This document shows, one piece after another, positions 25,708 to 39,880 of a stretch of DNA of 64,000 nt; position 1 is the first letter of the stretch, and each line of letters begins with the position of its first letter. The translations under genes were made by a program, and so were the position numbers. The notes under the pieces are model-generated. The model did no database searches. It worked only from the letters and a program-made list of their open reading frames with translations, and had not been told where the DNA came from. The DNA comes from Trichoplax adhaerens. Lineage: Eukaryota; Animalia; Placozoa. Location of the stretch: the NCBI RefSeq assembly GCF_000150275.1, contig NW_002060947.1:5547723-5611722 (forward strand), in the 5' to 3' direction.

Positions 25708-28482
25708 TACTTCATATATACAGTGTATGACTATTGACTACAGTAGCTAAGGCTTCCGAATATCCCAATACAGATCAGTACTGACGACAGAGTAAATGAG
25801 TGTTTTAGCAAACCACCTTACTCCACTGTAGCATCGATTAGTATCGATTGATCAAGTTGAGAAATACGCATAATACGATGAGAGTTACCAATTAGAAACC
25901 AATCATGATCATGAAGAAGTTTGATGGACTGTTAAGCGCTGCTAATAACAACGATACTAACAGTAAATAGATCCGGCATGGACGTTGGAGATTTTCGATC
26001 TACTGTAATAACACGAAAGTTATGCATGAAGCAAAAATCGTTTTGCAAATGCTCTATTACTTCTATTGCAGTAGTCGATTGGCATTGACGACTGTATACT
26101 GCATATATTTTTTATCATCCATTTAATGCCATTTTTCTCAGTCTCCATTTAGTTATTAATGATATTATTGAATCCATTAATAAAGGGTACTAAGTTGGAA
26201 TGCAAGAGCTAAGGCCTTGAAGATGTGTGGACATGGGTTATGATAACAATCTAGGTCATTACTTAATCCAAATTTGGACCTGTTACATCATCAATGTAAA
26301 GCCCGGCCTTGACACGTACAATTGCCATCCATTCATTTTTCCTAATTCAATCCTGCAGATTGAAATAACAACCTCAAGACGTCATGTGAACCATGGCATG
26401 ATACTAGACACAATCACTGTACTATTAACCCAAAGTGAACTGGGATAACGACAGCTAGGTGGATCGACAACAATCGCTTGCAGTAAACTTCCACTCTATC
26501 GTCGCTTCGATAAATTGGATGCATTCATTACAACGCCCAATCCGCAATGGTTACAAATAGCGTATGCATGCCTGTTTATCAATTAAATTGCTTAATAAAA
26601 ATGATAATAAGCATGCGAGATGTTTCAATGAAGTTCGCAAGGGTAATGCATGCCAGTTAAATTGATGCATGATGGTGACCTCATTCTGACTGAAATTCAT
26701 TGATTGATCCCAGCAAAATTCCTTGCTAATGAATTACTTATTAAACTACTGCATATTTTCCATCTTATTTAGCCAGTCAAGGCGGACTGAACCTTTCTCT
26801 TTAACTAAATGAACCCTAGGCTAAATAACCTATTTATCAATTCTAGTACACTGGTAGACTCTGGCGTTATCGGAGGTAGACAAGGATAATTACAGTAATA
26901 ATTATAGATATAGAATACGCTATCAGTGATAACAGTAGTATTTATTGTTGAGGTTACCACCATGTCAATCTGAATTAGAAGAGTAAGGAAGAGATTTCGC
27001 CATTATTATTCATTCATCGCAATGAATGACAGCGTAACCTTGTAGTTATTCCTTGTTGCCCAATTTGTAAAAGAAAAAAGAAAATTTTATTCTTTTGTAA
27101 GTCAAAGTTAGACTTATACTAATTATATTTTTACTTTCTCTTATAGAATGCCAACTATTGTTTAATGATGTAAATAAATTGTATTCGCCATTGTCCCGTC
27201 CCTATTTGAATACTGAATACATAGTGCTATACAACAAATTAAAATTAAATTCGATGCATATTTCATGTATGCGGTAAGCATCCATAACTACATTTGTCTA
27301 TTCATGAGAATTGTCTCATTCAAGTCGCTAGTCTACACCTATTGTCAGCAATGAGCTTCATAATATTAATGCTGTACAGTATACTGAACAACAGCGTGAT
27401 AACTTTTTATTCTTTTACAAGGTGTAGAAATTACAGTAGCAGTGTCTGGATATCTACATCCTATTAAATGGAGATAGTAAAATGAATGTTATAGCATGAA
27501 TAAAAACCGCACGATAGCGTTTCTCTTCTTCTTACGGAAGCTGTAGATATTACAGTAAAGGTGTCTGGATACATCGATCATCTATGAATAGCATACGCAG
27601 GAAAAAGTACTTTGTAATTCTGCGCTAAAGATCAATATTAGTAGTCTTGTAATACAGGTATTCGGCTTATCCTTGACAATAATAATTTATTTATCAAGAA
27701 TGAATCTTCAACCACGACATTATCAATCTTCCTTATCAGAATCCTTCCAATATTTACAGAAGCGATAAATCGATTTGCAATAAAATGATAATGGAAAGAT
27801 TTCGATACATAATCAGTGCTAGGTGGATCATTGTTTAACTATGTCGTTCATCAGGTTGCCAATATTGTATTGTTTTCTTGGTAATGACTGAAATTCTTCA
27901 ACTTGTTCATTATAACTAGTCTAACCAACCACCCATCGATGTAATCAGCAAAACAGCAGTCTTAATTTACTGCAGAATGTAGATTCTGATTCATCTTCAT
28001 CAACAACAATAAACAATTTTATTTATGTTGCAACGCCAAGAAGAAACTCTGTATCTTCAGTATGCCAACTTGGACAACATCAGTTTCCGTACAATTCTAT
28101 TCTAATGTAGATAAGATGAAAGATAATTTCATAAAGATTAAAATCATCTCATCGAGGCAAGATTACTTACTCTATAGTACAATACGATCGTGTATAAATA
28201 CAACCTTGTCCTGTTCTGTATAAATAGATGACGATTTTCTTCCTGATGTTTTAAATTTCTTGTTTACCATTGCGTTGCATTGTTTAGATGAAAGAACCCT
28301 TACGTGGATTTCAACAATAGAAAGAGCCAATAAACTGATGTATAGGAGTATTATTAAGTTACATTAATTAAGTTAAGCTTCAATTCAACTCAATAAATAG
28401 CATAGCTGGGCTATTGTACGCGTACTTATAAGCTTGCGACCTTTGAAAAAGATTTCACTTGCCAATAAGAGAAAATCAGAAA

Positions 28483-29596
28483 ATGTCGGATCCAAAGAAG
28501 TTAGGTGGTAGTACAGGTTAGCCAAATACTAATTCTAGTATCGTACTTTTCATGGCTTAAAATGAATGAACTAGATAAGAAGAAAAGATAGTCGCTCTAC
28601 TTTCTTCAATTTTTGTGATTGGAAAATAAGTAAATTGAAGTTTTCACTGTTTCAATTTTATTGATGTCGCTCATCTTATGAATTTTACGGGGATTGCCGA
28701 TAGTGTTGATTTGTGGCTTTGCGGAAGATTTTTTTTTTAGTGAATCTATTTATTGACAATCTTCGCTAACTTGAAATACCTCATAACACATTTTATGGGT
28801 ACTTCTATTCCTATAGGTAAAGGAGACCTCAGTGAAGTTGCAGAGTTTGATAAAAGCAAACTGAAAAAAGTAACGCCCCAGGAAAAGAATACACTGCCTA
28901 CGAAGCAAAGTAAGTTGACTAGTAGTCCATTCTCCACTCCCAAACATAGATTAAACTTCGTACGGATATTGCTCTCGTATTCGATCCATTAATTAAGATA
29001 GTCCATAGCCAATCACAATCGATGGACATCATTGATTTTTTTTATTTTGAGATATTACACCATCACGTAGACTTTACTCCAATTTAATTAAATCAACACT
29101 AATTAGTTGGATACACCTAAAGCTAGTTTTTTTTCTTTTCTGTGAAAAATAAATGAATAAAAAAACTATTATTTAATAGTTGACCACATTGTACATAAAA
29201 GTAACATCACGATAAGAATTAAGAATTATTGGATGCCATCAGCTTACCTTGAGTTGTAACTGTACAGTGGAACACTAATCTACATGTAAAAGTATTTTCT
29301 CCTTCGTTATTGATATAACTAAGCCAACTTGATTGCAAAATGCTATCGCAAGACTATTCCTTAAATTATATAAAAAAAATTTTACTTTCGGGAGTCTAGT
29401 AAAATGAGACAATAAATCATCTCGTATTTCAAATTGCAACTAATCGTACGGATAGTCGAGTGGAATGTCATAGCTGCTTGTTTTTATCTAGTGATAATAA
29501 AATTGTTGATAGACTAATAGAATTTTATGATAACATTGAGACCTAACTTGCCTTGAATATAATTATTAAGCCATTGAACAGGAAAAACAAGGATAG
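28483..29596 (+). CDS. Beta-thymosin D, monomeric form with an extra 5' micro-exon, ~50 aa (exons 28483-28516, 28817-28909, 29571-29596)
   Basis: MSDPKKLGGST|GKGDLSEVAEFDKSKLKKVTPQEKNTLPTKQ|TIEQEKQG*; all introns are phase-1 GT-AG. The first-exon donor could alternatively lie after 28504. Confidence 0.88.
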
Positions 29597-31336
29597 TGCT
29601 TCAATATCAGAAAGCCAAGTGGTACCTTTTGTTTGGAATATTGGTTTTCTATTTAATTCGTTCCATTTGGTAGTTTAATTGGTTATAGCTATTTCCTGTC
29701 TTTGGTTTTTGGCATTGTATTAGTACTAATTATGTATGGTTATTTCACATGTTATGCATCATATTCAATTGGTACTTTAATAACGTAACCTAGTACATAT
29801 ATTACACGTAACCAAAAAAAAAACCCTTGCAAGGTTGTATTCGTAGATAACTTTCTTGATTATTGTGTAATCATCCTATCTACGCGTATTATCTGATTCC
29901 TTCCCTTCATGAAAAATGGATAGCAACAGCTAGAATATTAATCAATTAATTATAAATTGTTTAAGATATTAGCTGAGCATTCTTTTAATAAAGTCCTGCA
30001 TTAATTTATATAACAAAATGTTGAAATATGTTTATCTGCGTTGTTGTACTGATACGTGGAAGATAAGATTGGTATGATTTTTGTATTTTCATTTCAGCAT
30101 GGAATAGCACGTACTCGTATTATATCCCCGATGCATACACGACTAATAAGAAATAAGTTATGCAGTGTTTCGTAGCTTAAAATTAATCAACTTTAAGGAA
30201 AATTAAAAGTTACAAATTATCTAAAATGCCCACCTCCGGATTGACGGTTAATAATAAGCTAGTTTGTGAGATCCTGTATGGAAAATCGAAAAGTACGTTC
30301 ATGAAAGAGTAAGAAAAATTTGCGATCGAATGAACCACTGAACAGCTACAACATCTGCATCGAAGCTCCCTGATATCACGCATATTGTGCTTTAAATAAA
30401 GAAAATCCTTTGGGAAATAAAAACTTCTCATTAACATATTTAATACGCCCTAGGGAAGCCAGTTTTTTTCTTTCAAACTTTCAACATAGGGTACAGTCAC
30501 GACGACTGCTGTGATCAATTCAAGTTATATTATTTTCAATACCTATATAATTCAAATTGCAGACAATTACACATTTGGAAATTACTGTTAGTCGCACTTT
30601 GGGATTTCTACTAACTGCACCTTAATTGGAATAAGCCATAATTGCCTAGACGTGTAGATAATAGACTTCTGCATGAAGTCGAATCAACCAATTCTTCTAC
30701 GCTAGCACAAAACAGCGTCGACCAAGCGTACGTAGTAAATTGTGTGAGCGCATCACATATCACTGCTAATAACTCATTATTATCTTTGCTATTCATTGCA
30801 TTTTTATATTAATGAATTGTTAAAACGTTGTTCATCTCAATTGTACGAGTAAATCGTAAATCACAAAACACATGGATTATACTAGATATATAACGTATTG
30901 CATGGTCACTGGCTCATCGTTATCTAGCCTTAGTACTGCATTTTATAGTCCCTGTAGATGGCAATGTTATGCATTATCGTATGGTACAATATTTATACTT
31001 CAATTTAAATAAGACTAATAACAGATAATCTACATGTTTCAATAAAGTTCGCGGTTTATTCTAGTATAAAGATTATCCGACCCTGATAAATTTTACTGAC
31101 GATAGATCAAGCGATAATAATTATACTATTAGACAAAATTATCAAGAATCTAAAACAACAGATATTAACACATATCAGTGGCAATAGAGCTTGATACGTA
31201 AGTGTAGCCATGGTAGTTTCGTTAAATCATTATGAAGGTGAATAAGATTTTAAAGATATTTTTTCTATATAATCAAGAAAAAATAAATATTACAGTAATC
31301 GATATCATGTATCGGTGATAACAAGATATAAAACTA

Positions 31337-34300
31337 TTAAAATCGTTTGATACGTTTTACTGGCGGTCCGGATGAATTTGCCAAGGACAACAGACAGCCT
31401 GTAATCTAATATAATATATAGTAGGTTCGATTATGCAATTAAAAGATACCATTATTAAATTAAGTGACTGGAGGGCTACAACTAGATAAGTATCATGTTC
31501 AGTAAACAAGGAAGTAAATAAAGCCCTTCAATAAAATACAGATACTTATCCCATAAGATTTAGAAAAAAAAACATGATCTATTCGACGTCAAACTGAAAA
31601 AGAACATACTTGAGGCTCTAGTAACTGTAATCGAATTTTCGATCCTTGAATTTCATTATGCTCGACAGCAATTTCCACTAGTACTCGATCGAAGACTTGT
31701 AAAGTGATGTCCTGGTACGTTAGGCTCAAATTTTGCTAAAATATTTTGAAAATGTTTTCGATAATAAATTAATGGTAGGCCTCAAAACAAACAGAAATTA
31801 CTAGTATGATCACTTTAACTTGATTACAGGTACCTCATCATGTATAAAAGGCAATTCTGATCCATCAGCTGATCTAAGAAAGATCGTATTTTCGATTCCA
31901 TACTTTGGAATTAACACTTGAATAGCATTTTTACGTACGAATAATATATATCCTTCTTCTTTCGTGACGCGATTTCGGAAAAATAGCTTCATGACGAAAG
32001 CAACACAAGAAATGCCTAAAACAAACTGAAAAATTTCAAATCTAATTCATGAAAAATAAGATCATAGTTACCTGGGCATAAAGTGATACTGATGATCGTT
32101 GAGCATATTGCGCCATTTTATGACGGAAATTTAAATGGTTGCAAAGTTCCTAAAGTGTTATTCGATATCTTAGTATGGTTCCAAAATACCTGCAACGGTA
32201 TGTTTTCACAATTACAATGAAAAAATGTGATAGTACCACCTGCACTTTATCTTTCTTCATAAGATCAGGATACGTTTTATCCGCTCCTATTGAAATAGCT
32301 AATAACCGATGCACAATAATATCCGAATACCTAACAAGTAATTGTATAATTATTGTCAATTAATTAGAATGACAACTACTTATAAACACCTTATCGCCGA
32401 TACCATAACATAAATGGTATAGTAAATAATTGCGTAATAATCTCTTAAAGAAATATCACCTTCTGATTGGCGACGTAAAATGAGTATATATTGGTGTAGC
32501 CAAACCATAATGACAATAATCTTGATAGGCTAAAGTTCCAGAGCAGAAATAAACTGCTTGCATCATACACCTAGTTACCAAAATTCTTAACAGCGTATTG
32601 AAATATGGATTATCTTGCAGGTCAGCTTGCGCTAAAGATGTTGACAGCATTTTGGCGGAATCAACTTGCAATTGGATATTCTGAGTTATAAATATTAAGT
32701 TCGAGAAAAGTTAAAGCACATCATTACATGTAAAAATCTTACAAGCAAGTAAAACAGTTCAAGTGTTAAAAATATATTCCCACGCATTGTGCTACCAGTT
32801 ACCTTAACAGCTGCACTCTTTAATAAAATATCGAAGTTCGAAAGAGGAGGAGATGGATGTCTTCTAAGTAATGCACACTGAGGAAAAATTTCATAAATCC
32901 TTTCTGCAACCGTTATATTTGCTAGTAACATAAATTCTTCGACGAGAGAGTTGGTTTCTCTATAAGATACAGTATTATATTCTAATTAATATCGTGTAAC
33001 TTGGATACAAACTATTGTAAACCAAAATAATTACCGTAATTCTTTCTTGACTAATTCTAGGGGATCATGAGTTTCACTATCGACCTGAAACCGAATTTCA
33101 GGTGAAGCCAAAGACAGAGCCCTAATAGTAAAATTAGAGTAAAAGAAATTTAAATTAATTCAATTTTAGGAACATATCAATGGCAAGATGACAGATTTAT
33201 CGATTCAGTACCATACCCTTGATCTAATCTTTTTTTATTTAACGCTTGAGCGAGTACATTCAGTGATCGAAGGCTGATTGCAATATCATCATTTCTTTGT
33301 TTATCATCAATAATCAGTTGTGCTTCAGCATAAGTAAACGCAGCCTATTTTGAAGCACACCATTACTAAATTACTGTTAATTAGGGTATTAACAAAACAG
33401 GCAACATACCTGAGATTTGATTATGCTTTTCGTAAATCTGGCTGCTATCACATCTGCATCTGGACTTAACTCCCAAATGCAAGAAAATGCAAACCTGTAA
33501 TAAAGAGAAATTTATGTTATGCAAACTAGAAATTCACATATCATTTAGCTAACTAATATATAATTTAGGTTAAATGGAATTTTTAGTGAATTAATTAGAT
33601 GCTGTGCATAACCGAAGTGGCCAAACGATATATGTGATACCTATCTACGTTCGATCGCAAAGAACACAAATTGGAACTTAAAAGTTCAGGGACCATATCA
33701 ATTCGCTGTAAATTAAATGTTTTGAAAGCATATGTTAAAATTTATGAAATTCAACAAAAGCAAGCTGGTGTAGGAGTATCTTCAAGCTCTCATAATACTT
33801 TATATGATTACCTTTTCGGCTAAATAGACCGTCGTTCCTCTATTTGCAGCTTCTATATCTATAGCGGTGCCAGGCCTAATAAAATGGGAAACGTCTGCAA
33901 TATGTACACCAACCTGAAGTAGGTATAACGTATATATTAGAAAGTACTTGAGAACTTTCAATAAGCACCTAATATAAGCCGGAAAAAGTAGAGAAAAATG
34001 AATGAACAGTCAATCTGACCTCATAATTTCCATTTTCTAGAGCTGTCAAATGTAGTGCGTCATCAATATCTGTACATCCTGGAGGATCAATACTACATAT
34101 GGTTAAATGTCTTAAATCTTCTCTTTGCTTGGCATCCTGAGAAAGAAACTACGATTAGACGGCTAATAACAATCAATTCTGACAATATTATATTGCATAA
34201 GTCATAAACAAGTGCAAAGGCACGAAGACCTACATCATCAGTAATTTCCCAAGGTAACGTTGGTAGATCGTTAAGTACAGCTTGTGAAAACTGTTGATAG

Positions 34301-36944
34301 GGAACGTTATGTTCTATTAGTAGTACTTCACTTTCGGTTTCTTTATCTCCAATAGGGCCTAGCCTACGAACAAAGTGTCCCTATGTATTGAAATACCCCG
34401 TAGATAAAGTAATGAGTTTTAGAGTTATGTGTCAATGTAAAACAAGAACTGATTCTGATGGATCAAGTCACCTCGGGATATCTCCTCTTTCGTTGCCAAG
34501 CGTCAACACTGACTATAATTCTTTGACCAAGTAAATTACTCGATTGCCTCGTTAATATTCTAATCCGTGGAATTCTGCGGTCAGCAGCTCTAAACAAAAA
34601 CCGTCTAGCGTTTGGATTTGGATTTGGTAACAAGATGCCACAGTATGGTCTCCAATTTCGCTTAATAATTCCTACAACTTTGCCAGATGGCAAAGCGTCA
34701 GCTATATAATTTTCGAGCTTTTCTTCACGAGCAGTATTCTAGAAATTAGTAATTAAAAATTACATCAATCACCAATTGTTGATACTAAATGCTTACAAGA
34801 AACGGCAGTTCATATAACCTCTAAGCCTGCGGTTTCAGCATTATCATTTTCATTATTTTCTACATCTCGACAGACTAGTCCAGATGGTTTCGTCCACTCT
34901 TGCTTCGGTAACATTTCAACGGCTACAACGTCGTCTTGAATTGCACGATTTATACTATCTAAATCTTTAATAAAAATCTTTAAAGAAAGTATCACAGTTA
35001 GATACTAATAATATCCATCATACTCTTATTTTTAATGTTATCAAGAACTGATTACATCTTGTTCTTCTCCATGTACTCTCACGAAACCTTCCTTATAGTT
35101 ATCCCTATAGCAACACCAAGAACGGTAGTGTCATTAATGGCATGTACACTACAGCATAATTGCATTTTGTTTTGTCTATATTGCCTACCGGCTGCTTTGA
35201 AAAGTTCCCTAGATTTGATAGCATAAAGTAAATCTATATTAAAAGCTAGGAGAGAGCCTAGTCAATGAAAACGAGGTTTCATCTATACCTGTATCAGTCG
35301 TCCAGCTTTAATAGCACTTTGTATCTTCGAAAGCGGTAAATATTCAGCGAAAACAATTTGATTTTTCTTTGCTAGGCCATCCTATATTAAATGAATAGAA
35401 CTTGTAAAACAAGAACATGACATGGAAAGATCCACAAATCCAACAGTTTAGGAATCAAGATGACCTCATCATCCTCAAAGTCTCCTGATAATTTATCCAT
35501 AAGTTCAGGACTGTCCGTTAAAGCCATAACGTATTCGTACACTACATAGCAAGAGATATTTTATTGCCAGTTTATTCACCATGTATAAAGTATCTAGTAT
35601 CAACTCTTGTTAGTATCTGTCTGCCTACTTGTATATGTAGTTAAATTATCTTGAACAGCTTTTTCTTTATTTTCAACGTCATTTGTGAGTAAAACTATGT
35701 CAGTTTGAAAGCAGTTATCTTGCATATGTTTTTGATACCATCTAAAGAATGGATTTTACATCAGGCAATCATTAGTACAACTTGATAGATCTGTTTTTAC
35801 CCTCTTCCAGAGCTGGCGAGTATAACTTACTTTGCTGCAACTCGGATAGCTCTATCATTTCTATCATTGGGTGATTCATCTTTTCCTCTCTCAATGTATG
35901 TTTTCCTAATATTTTGGCATAACGAAAGAGAATAACTTTGCGTGAAAATCAATGTCAAACGCCACAGTTTCTTCATGATTCTTGCATTAACTAGATAGAT
36001 TATAATGAGTATTATTATAAAGGCATCCAATTTTACTTATGATGTTCATTCGAGAAGACGTAGAATTTCTTTTCCGGATTTGCTATTGCATCGCGAATCC
36101 TTCTATAGGTACTTGCACTTAAATGTTTTACCTAGTATCGTAATACATGTTATCATTTTTTATTCTGAATATCCTACATATTTCAGACTGATGCCCAGAT
36201 TACATCTGGAGTGACTTATTTATTAGAAAGGTACTAACCTCCTGCAAGACAGTTTGTAAGAAAATAGCATGTTTAATGCAATTTTCTTCCAGGATATCAA
36301 TCTAGATAGGGATGATGTAATAAATAAGCCAGAAGAAGGTAGTCAGTTCTGTATTGGTGATTTATTGATAAATTATGCACGGTGGAAATAGAACGGTTTT
36401 ATAGTACGAGCAAAGTGGATGAGTGGCAAATTACTGATATTGGCATCTTATTGTAATATTGTGCAACGGAACACTGATCTAAATGTAGCAAAGACAAGGA
36501 GAATCAACACCTATCCATACACATATTAATTATTCACATTAAAGTCCTGAGCAATATTGCAATGTGTTAACGAGTGTAGAAAACTCGATCCTATCTCGGC
36601 CTTCTACAGCATCCGCTCGTAGCTTTAGCAAGACCAGTGTTATCACTATCGTTACAAACGACACTAAAATGTTCATCATTCTCGACCTTGTCATTCCTAT
36701 CCAGTTATCCATGATCCCTTACCTGCTTGCAGACTACATTGGTGTCTGGAATTATAAAATGACTCTTTGGGCATAAATTGGATTGAACATTAAGGCATTG
36801 AGGATCGAGCACGGCTTGAGTAGTATTACACGATGAGCATCCAATCACCCCACACCAGACATCATCTCGTAGGTAATGCTCTTGAACAACCTTGACTACA
36901 CCTCCTTTACGAGTTTTTTTAACAAAAGTGCGACTCTTTAGCAT
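31337..36944 (-). CDS. DIS3: Exosome catalytic subunit DIS3/RRP44 (PIN + CSD + RNB + S1), more than 20 exons
   Basis: [32 protein letters not shown] (CR3 motif), PIN IPDTNV and [46 protein letters not shown] and [28 protein letters not shown]. The last exon ends PPVKRIKRF* (NLS-like). Confidence 0.97.
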
Positions 36945-37370
36945 TATTCTCCTGACTTGATTGATCCACTAAATCTTAATAAATCAAATCCAACTTGGAA
37001 AAGTTCTCATCGATGTTCTAGTGTCCATGCTACAAGATCGTCTCTCAGGCGGCTGCTCGATGCTGAGTCTAATATCGTGTTGGCTGAAAGAGCTCCGATT
37101 ACCGGTGTAATGACTGGTCTGAGTCGATAACACGCGTTCAGCCTTATACTGCACTCTTCTATCGTGACCGGTAGATGGTTAACATGGTTTGGCTAGTCAT
37201 GCGACTCCTTTCCGTAGGTTGATTGATTTTATCCCTTTCCTCCAGATTAACACTCTATCTATCTATCTATCCATGCAGTCTAGTAGATCATGTTGAAGTA
37301 TCTCTATTCAACATTTGCTAATGATATTTTGGTATCGCTACTACTATTTAATAACCAACAAGCATTTCCG

Positions 37371-38300
37371 ACCAAGTAGGACATATTCCATCAAAATGTC
37401 GCAGATGATGTTGCAACAGCCCTACTGGTTGCCTTAGAAGAGAGAGACATGGAGGAATCCATGACGATTGACTACTGTCGAGCTCTCTGTACCTTTAAGA
37501 TAGACGTTAGCATGGAAATGAACACTCACTATTGGTAGGTTTACATTTCTAACCAAGTAGGACATATTCCATCAAAATATCACAGATGATGTTGCAACAG
37601 CCCTACTGGTTGCCTTAGAAGAGAGAGACATGGAGGAATCCATGACGATTGACTACTGTCGAGCTCTCTGTACGTTTAAGATAGACGTTAGCATGGAAAT
37701 GAACACTCACTATTGGTAGGTTTACATTTCTAACCAAGTAGGACATATTCCATCAAAATATCACAGATGATGTTGCAACAGCCCTACTGGTTGCCTTAGA
37801 AGAGAGAGACATGGAGAAATCCATGACGATTGACTGCTGTCGAGCTCTCTGTACCTTTAAGATAGACGTTAGCATGGAAATGAACACTCACTATTGGTAG
37901 GTTTACATTTCTAACCAAGTAGGACATATTCCATCAAAATATCACAGATGATGTTGCAACAGCCCTACTGGTTGCCTTAGAAGAGAGAGACATGGAGAAA
38001 TCCATGACGATTGACTGCTGTCGAGCTCTCTGTACCTTAAGATAGACGTTAGCATGGAAATGAACAGTAGTGCTTCAACAGGGCTAGCAATGGTAGGTTT
38101 ACATTTCTAACCAAGTAGGACATATTCCATCAAAATGTCACTGATGATGTTGCAACAGCCCTACTGGTTGCCTTAGAAGAGAGAGACATGGAGAAATCCA
38201 TGACGACTGACTACTGTCGAGCTCTCTGTACTTTAAGATAGACGTTAGCATGGAAATGAACAGTAATGCTTCAACAAGGCTAACTTAGGCAGGTTTGTTG
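37371..38300. repeat. Near-perfect 181-bp tandem repeat, 5 copies, followed by a degenerate related duplication to ~38600
   Basis: ACCAAGTAGGACATATTCCATCAAAAT… starts at ~37371, 37553, 37734, 37914 and 38110. Confidence 0.95.
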
Positions 38301-38895
38301 TCAAGGTTTACAATCATGTTTCATCAGCACTTTACTGTTTGCATTTGAACAGTTCCAAGCTTTGCAGTAGTGGATAAACTTGCAGAAATGACTCGTGACT
38401 ACTCCCCAAGTGCCTATGTTCCTGTCCATGTTCACCATATACTCTACGTTAGCAACTACATGAACAGTAGTGCTTCAACAAGGCTAGCAAAGGGACGTGT
38501 GTTATAAAGGTTTACAATCATGTTTCACCAGCATTACTCTTTGCGTTAGTACAGTATCAAGCTTTGCAATAGCTCATCGACCTGAAGAAATCGGTGACTA
38601 CTCATTACTATACTATACAGGACAGTAGTTGAGCATGTAAAAATTCAGGTTAAGATAGACAGTAGCCATTACTGCCACTCATGCATTTCTCCAAGTCTAG
38701 CAGCTACTGTAAAAGCTCGGTACTGTAGTATCCAATGCTTAACGAATTAATATACAGTATGCGAAAAGATAGATCAAAGTTAAATATACTGTACAGTGGC
38801 AAATCAGTAATTAATTCTTAAAAATAATACAGTATATAGCAACAAAATGCAAATTAATCCCCCAAAGAGAACTAGCAATCATGTCCACAGTGCAC

Positions 38896-38965
38896 TGATC
38901 ACTCCAGGACGGACAGACGTTTCCGGCCTCAACTCATCCAAATATTGTGCCAAACACTAGATTCT
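38896..38965 (-). repeat. Short dispersed repeat, copy 2 (see 11743-11800)
   Basis: TGATC…GGACGGACAGAC…ATATTGTGCCAAACACTAGATTCT. Confidence 0.65.
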
Positions 38966-38988
38966 GACAGTACAGTACCTTAAGCAGG

Positions 38989-39124
38989 GACAACTCAATC
39001 AAGATTGTACGCCGTGCATAGAAATTGTCATCCCTTCCCCCGTTCGTACTGTATGACATCAAGTCTTTTTAGGCTAGGGGTGACAACTTTTATGCAACAG
39101 GCGTATAATTTTGATGGAGTAGTC
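38989..39124. mobile_element. MITE-like fold-back with ~47-bp imperfect inverted arms
   Basis: GACAACTCAATCAAGATTGTACGCCGTGCATAGAAATTGTCATCCCT (38989-39035) pairs with AGGGGTGACAACTTTTATGCAACAGGCGTATAATTTTGATGGAGTAGTC (39076-39124). Confidence 0.6.
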
Positions 39125-39880
39125 AATACTCAAGTATGTAGAAGGTCGACTCTAAATTGACAGATTTTTTTCCAATGAAATAACATCATATTGAATATTA
39201 TCATTTATTAAGCTAAATTTCTGCTTGTAAAAAGTTCTATAAGATCGTCAATGTTATTTAAATTAGTACTAGTGATTTAGAAAACAGATACGGAAGATCC
39301 ATACCATAGTAAGTAGCCATTTTTCGGCGTTCACAGTCCCATAACTCCTAGTTGATCCGAACCTTCCGTCCATCCGAGAGAGAGAGAGTGATACAGTACA
39401 GTACACTGAGTACTGTACTGTACAGTACTGTACTGTAGACTGTACGGTACTGTAGACTGTACGGTACTGTATAGTCTTCAATACTGTACTATACAAATGC
39501 AGGAAAAGACGGTGTACTAAAGGGTAATGCGCTAAACAAGACTGCCTGCGCATAGGAATGGCTACTATTGAGTTCTGTACTATCAAATGAGCTAAGTAGG
39601 AATGAAGGGTTGTTATTGCTCGATCGATTAAATGGCTAACTGCTATATCGAACGCAAGAGTCGTCGTTTTCTCATCAAGATAGGAAAAATAGGGAAAGTA
39701 TGGTAGCTTGGGCATGATATTAGAGTCATTGCTATAAAGTCAACCTAATTACCAATTAAAGTGAATGGAACGAGCTGATTTCAATAGCTCAAAGACTACG
39801 TTAACCTGAGTTCCAACCTTGACTACCGTAGTAGATCCATTGCAATTTCCAGCAATTGTTTACCATCGATTGATCAAATC

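Noticed and set aside
25760-28340. Coding-like stretches (25760-26650 and 27650-28340)
   Set aside because: All frames are broken and no recognisable motifs were found, so no call can be supported.
39269-39715. 148-aa minus-strand ORF upstream of PRMT9 (similarly 11954-12241)
   Set aside because: The frame is kept open largely by TACAG microsatellite sequence (STVQYCTV-type peptide) and shows no homology.
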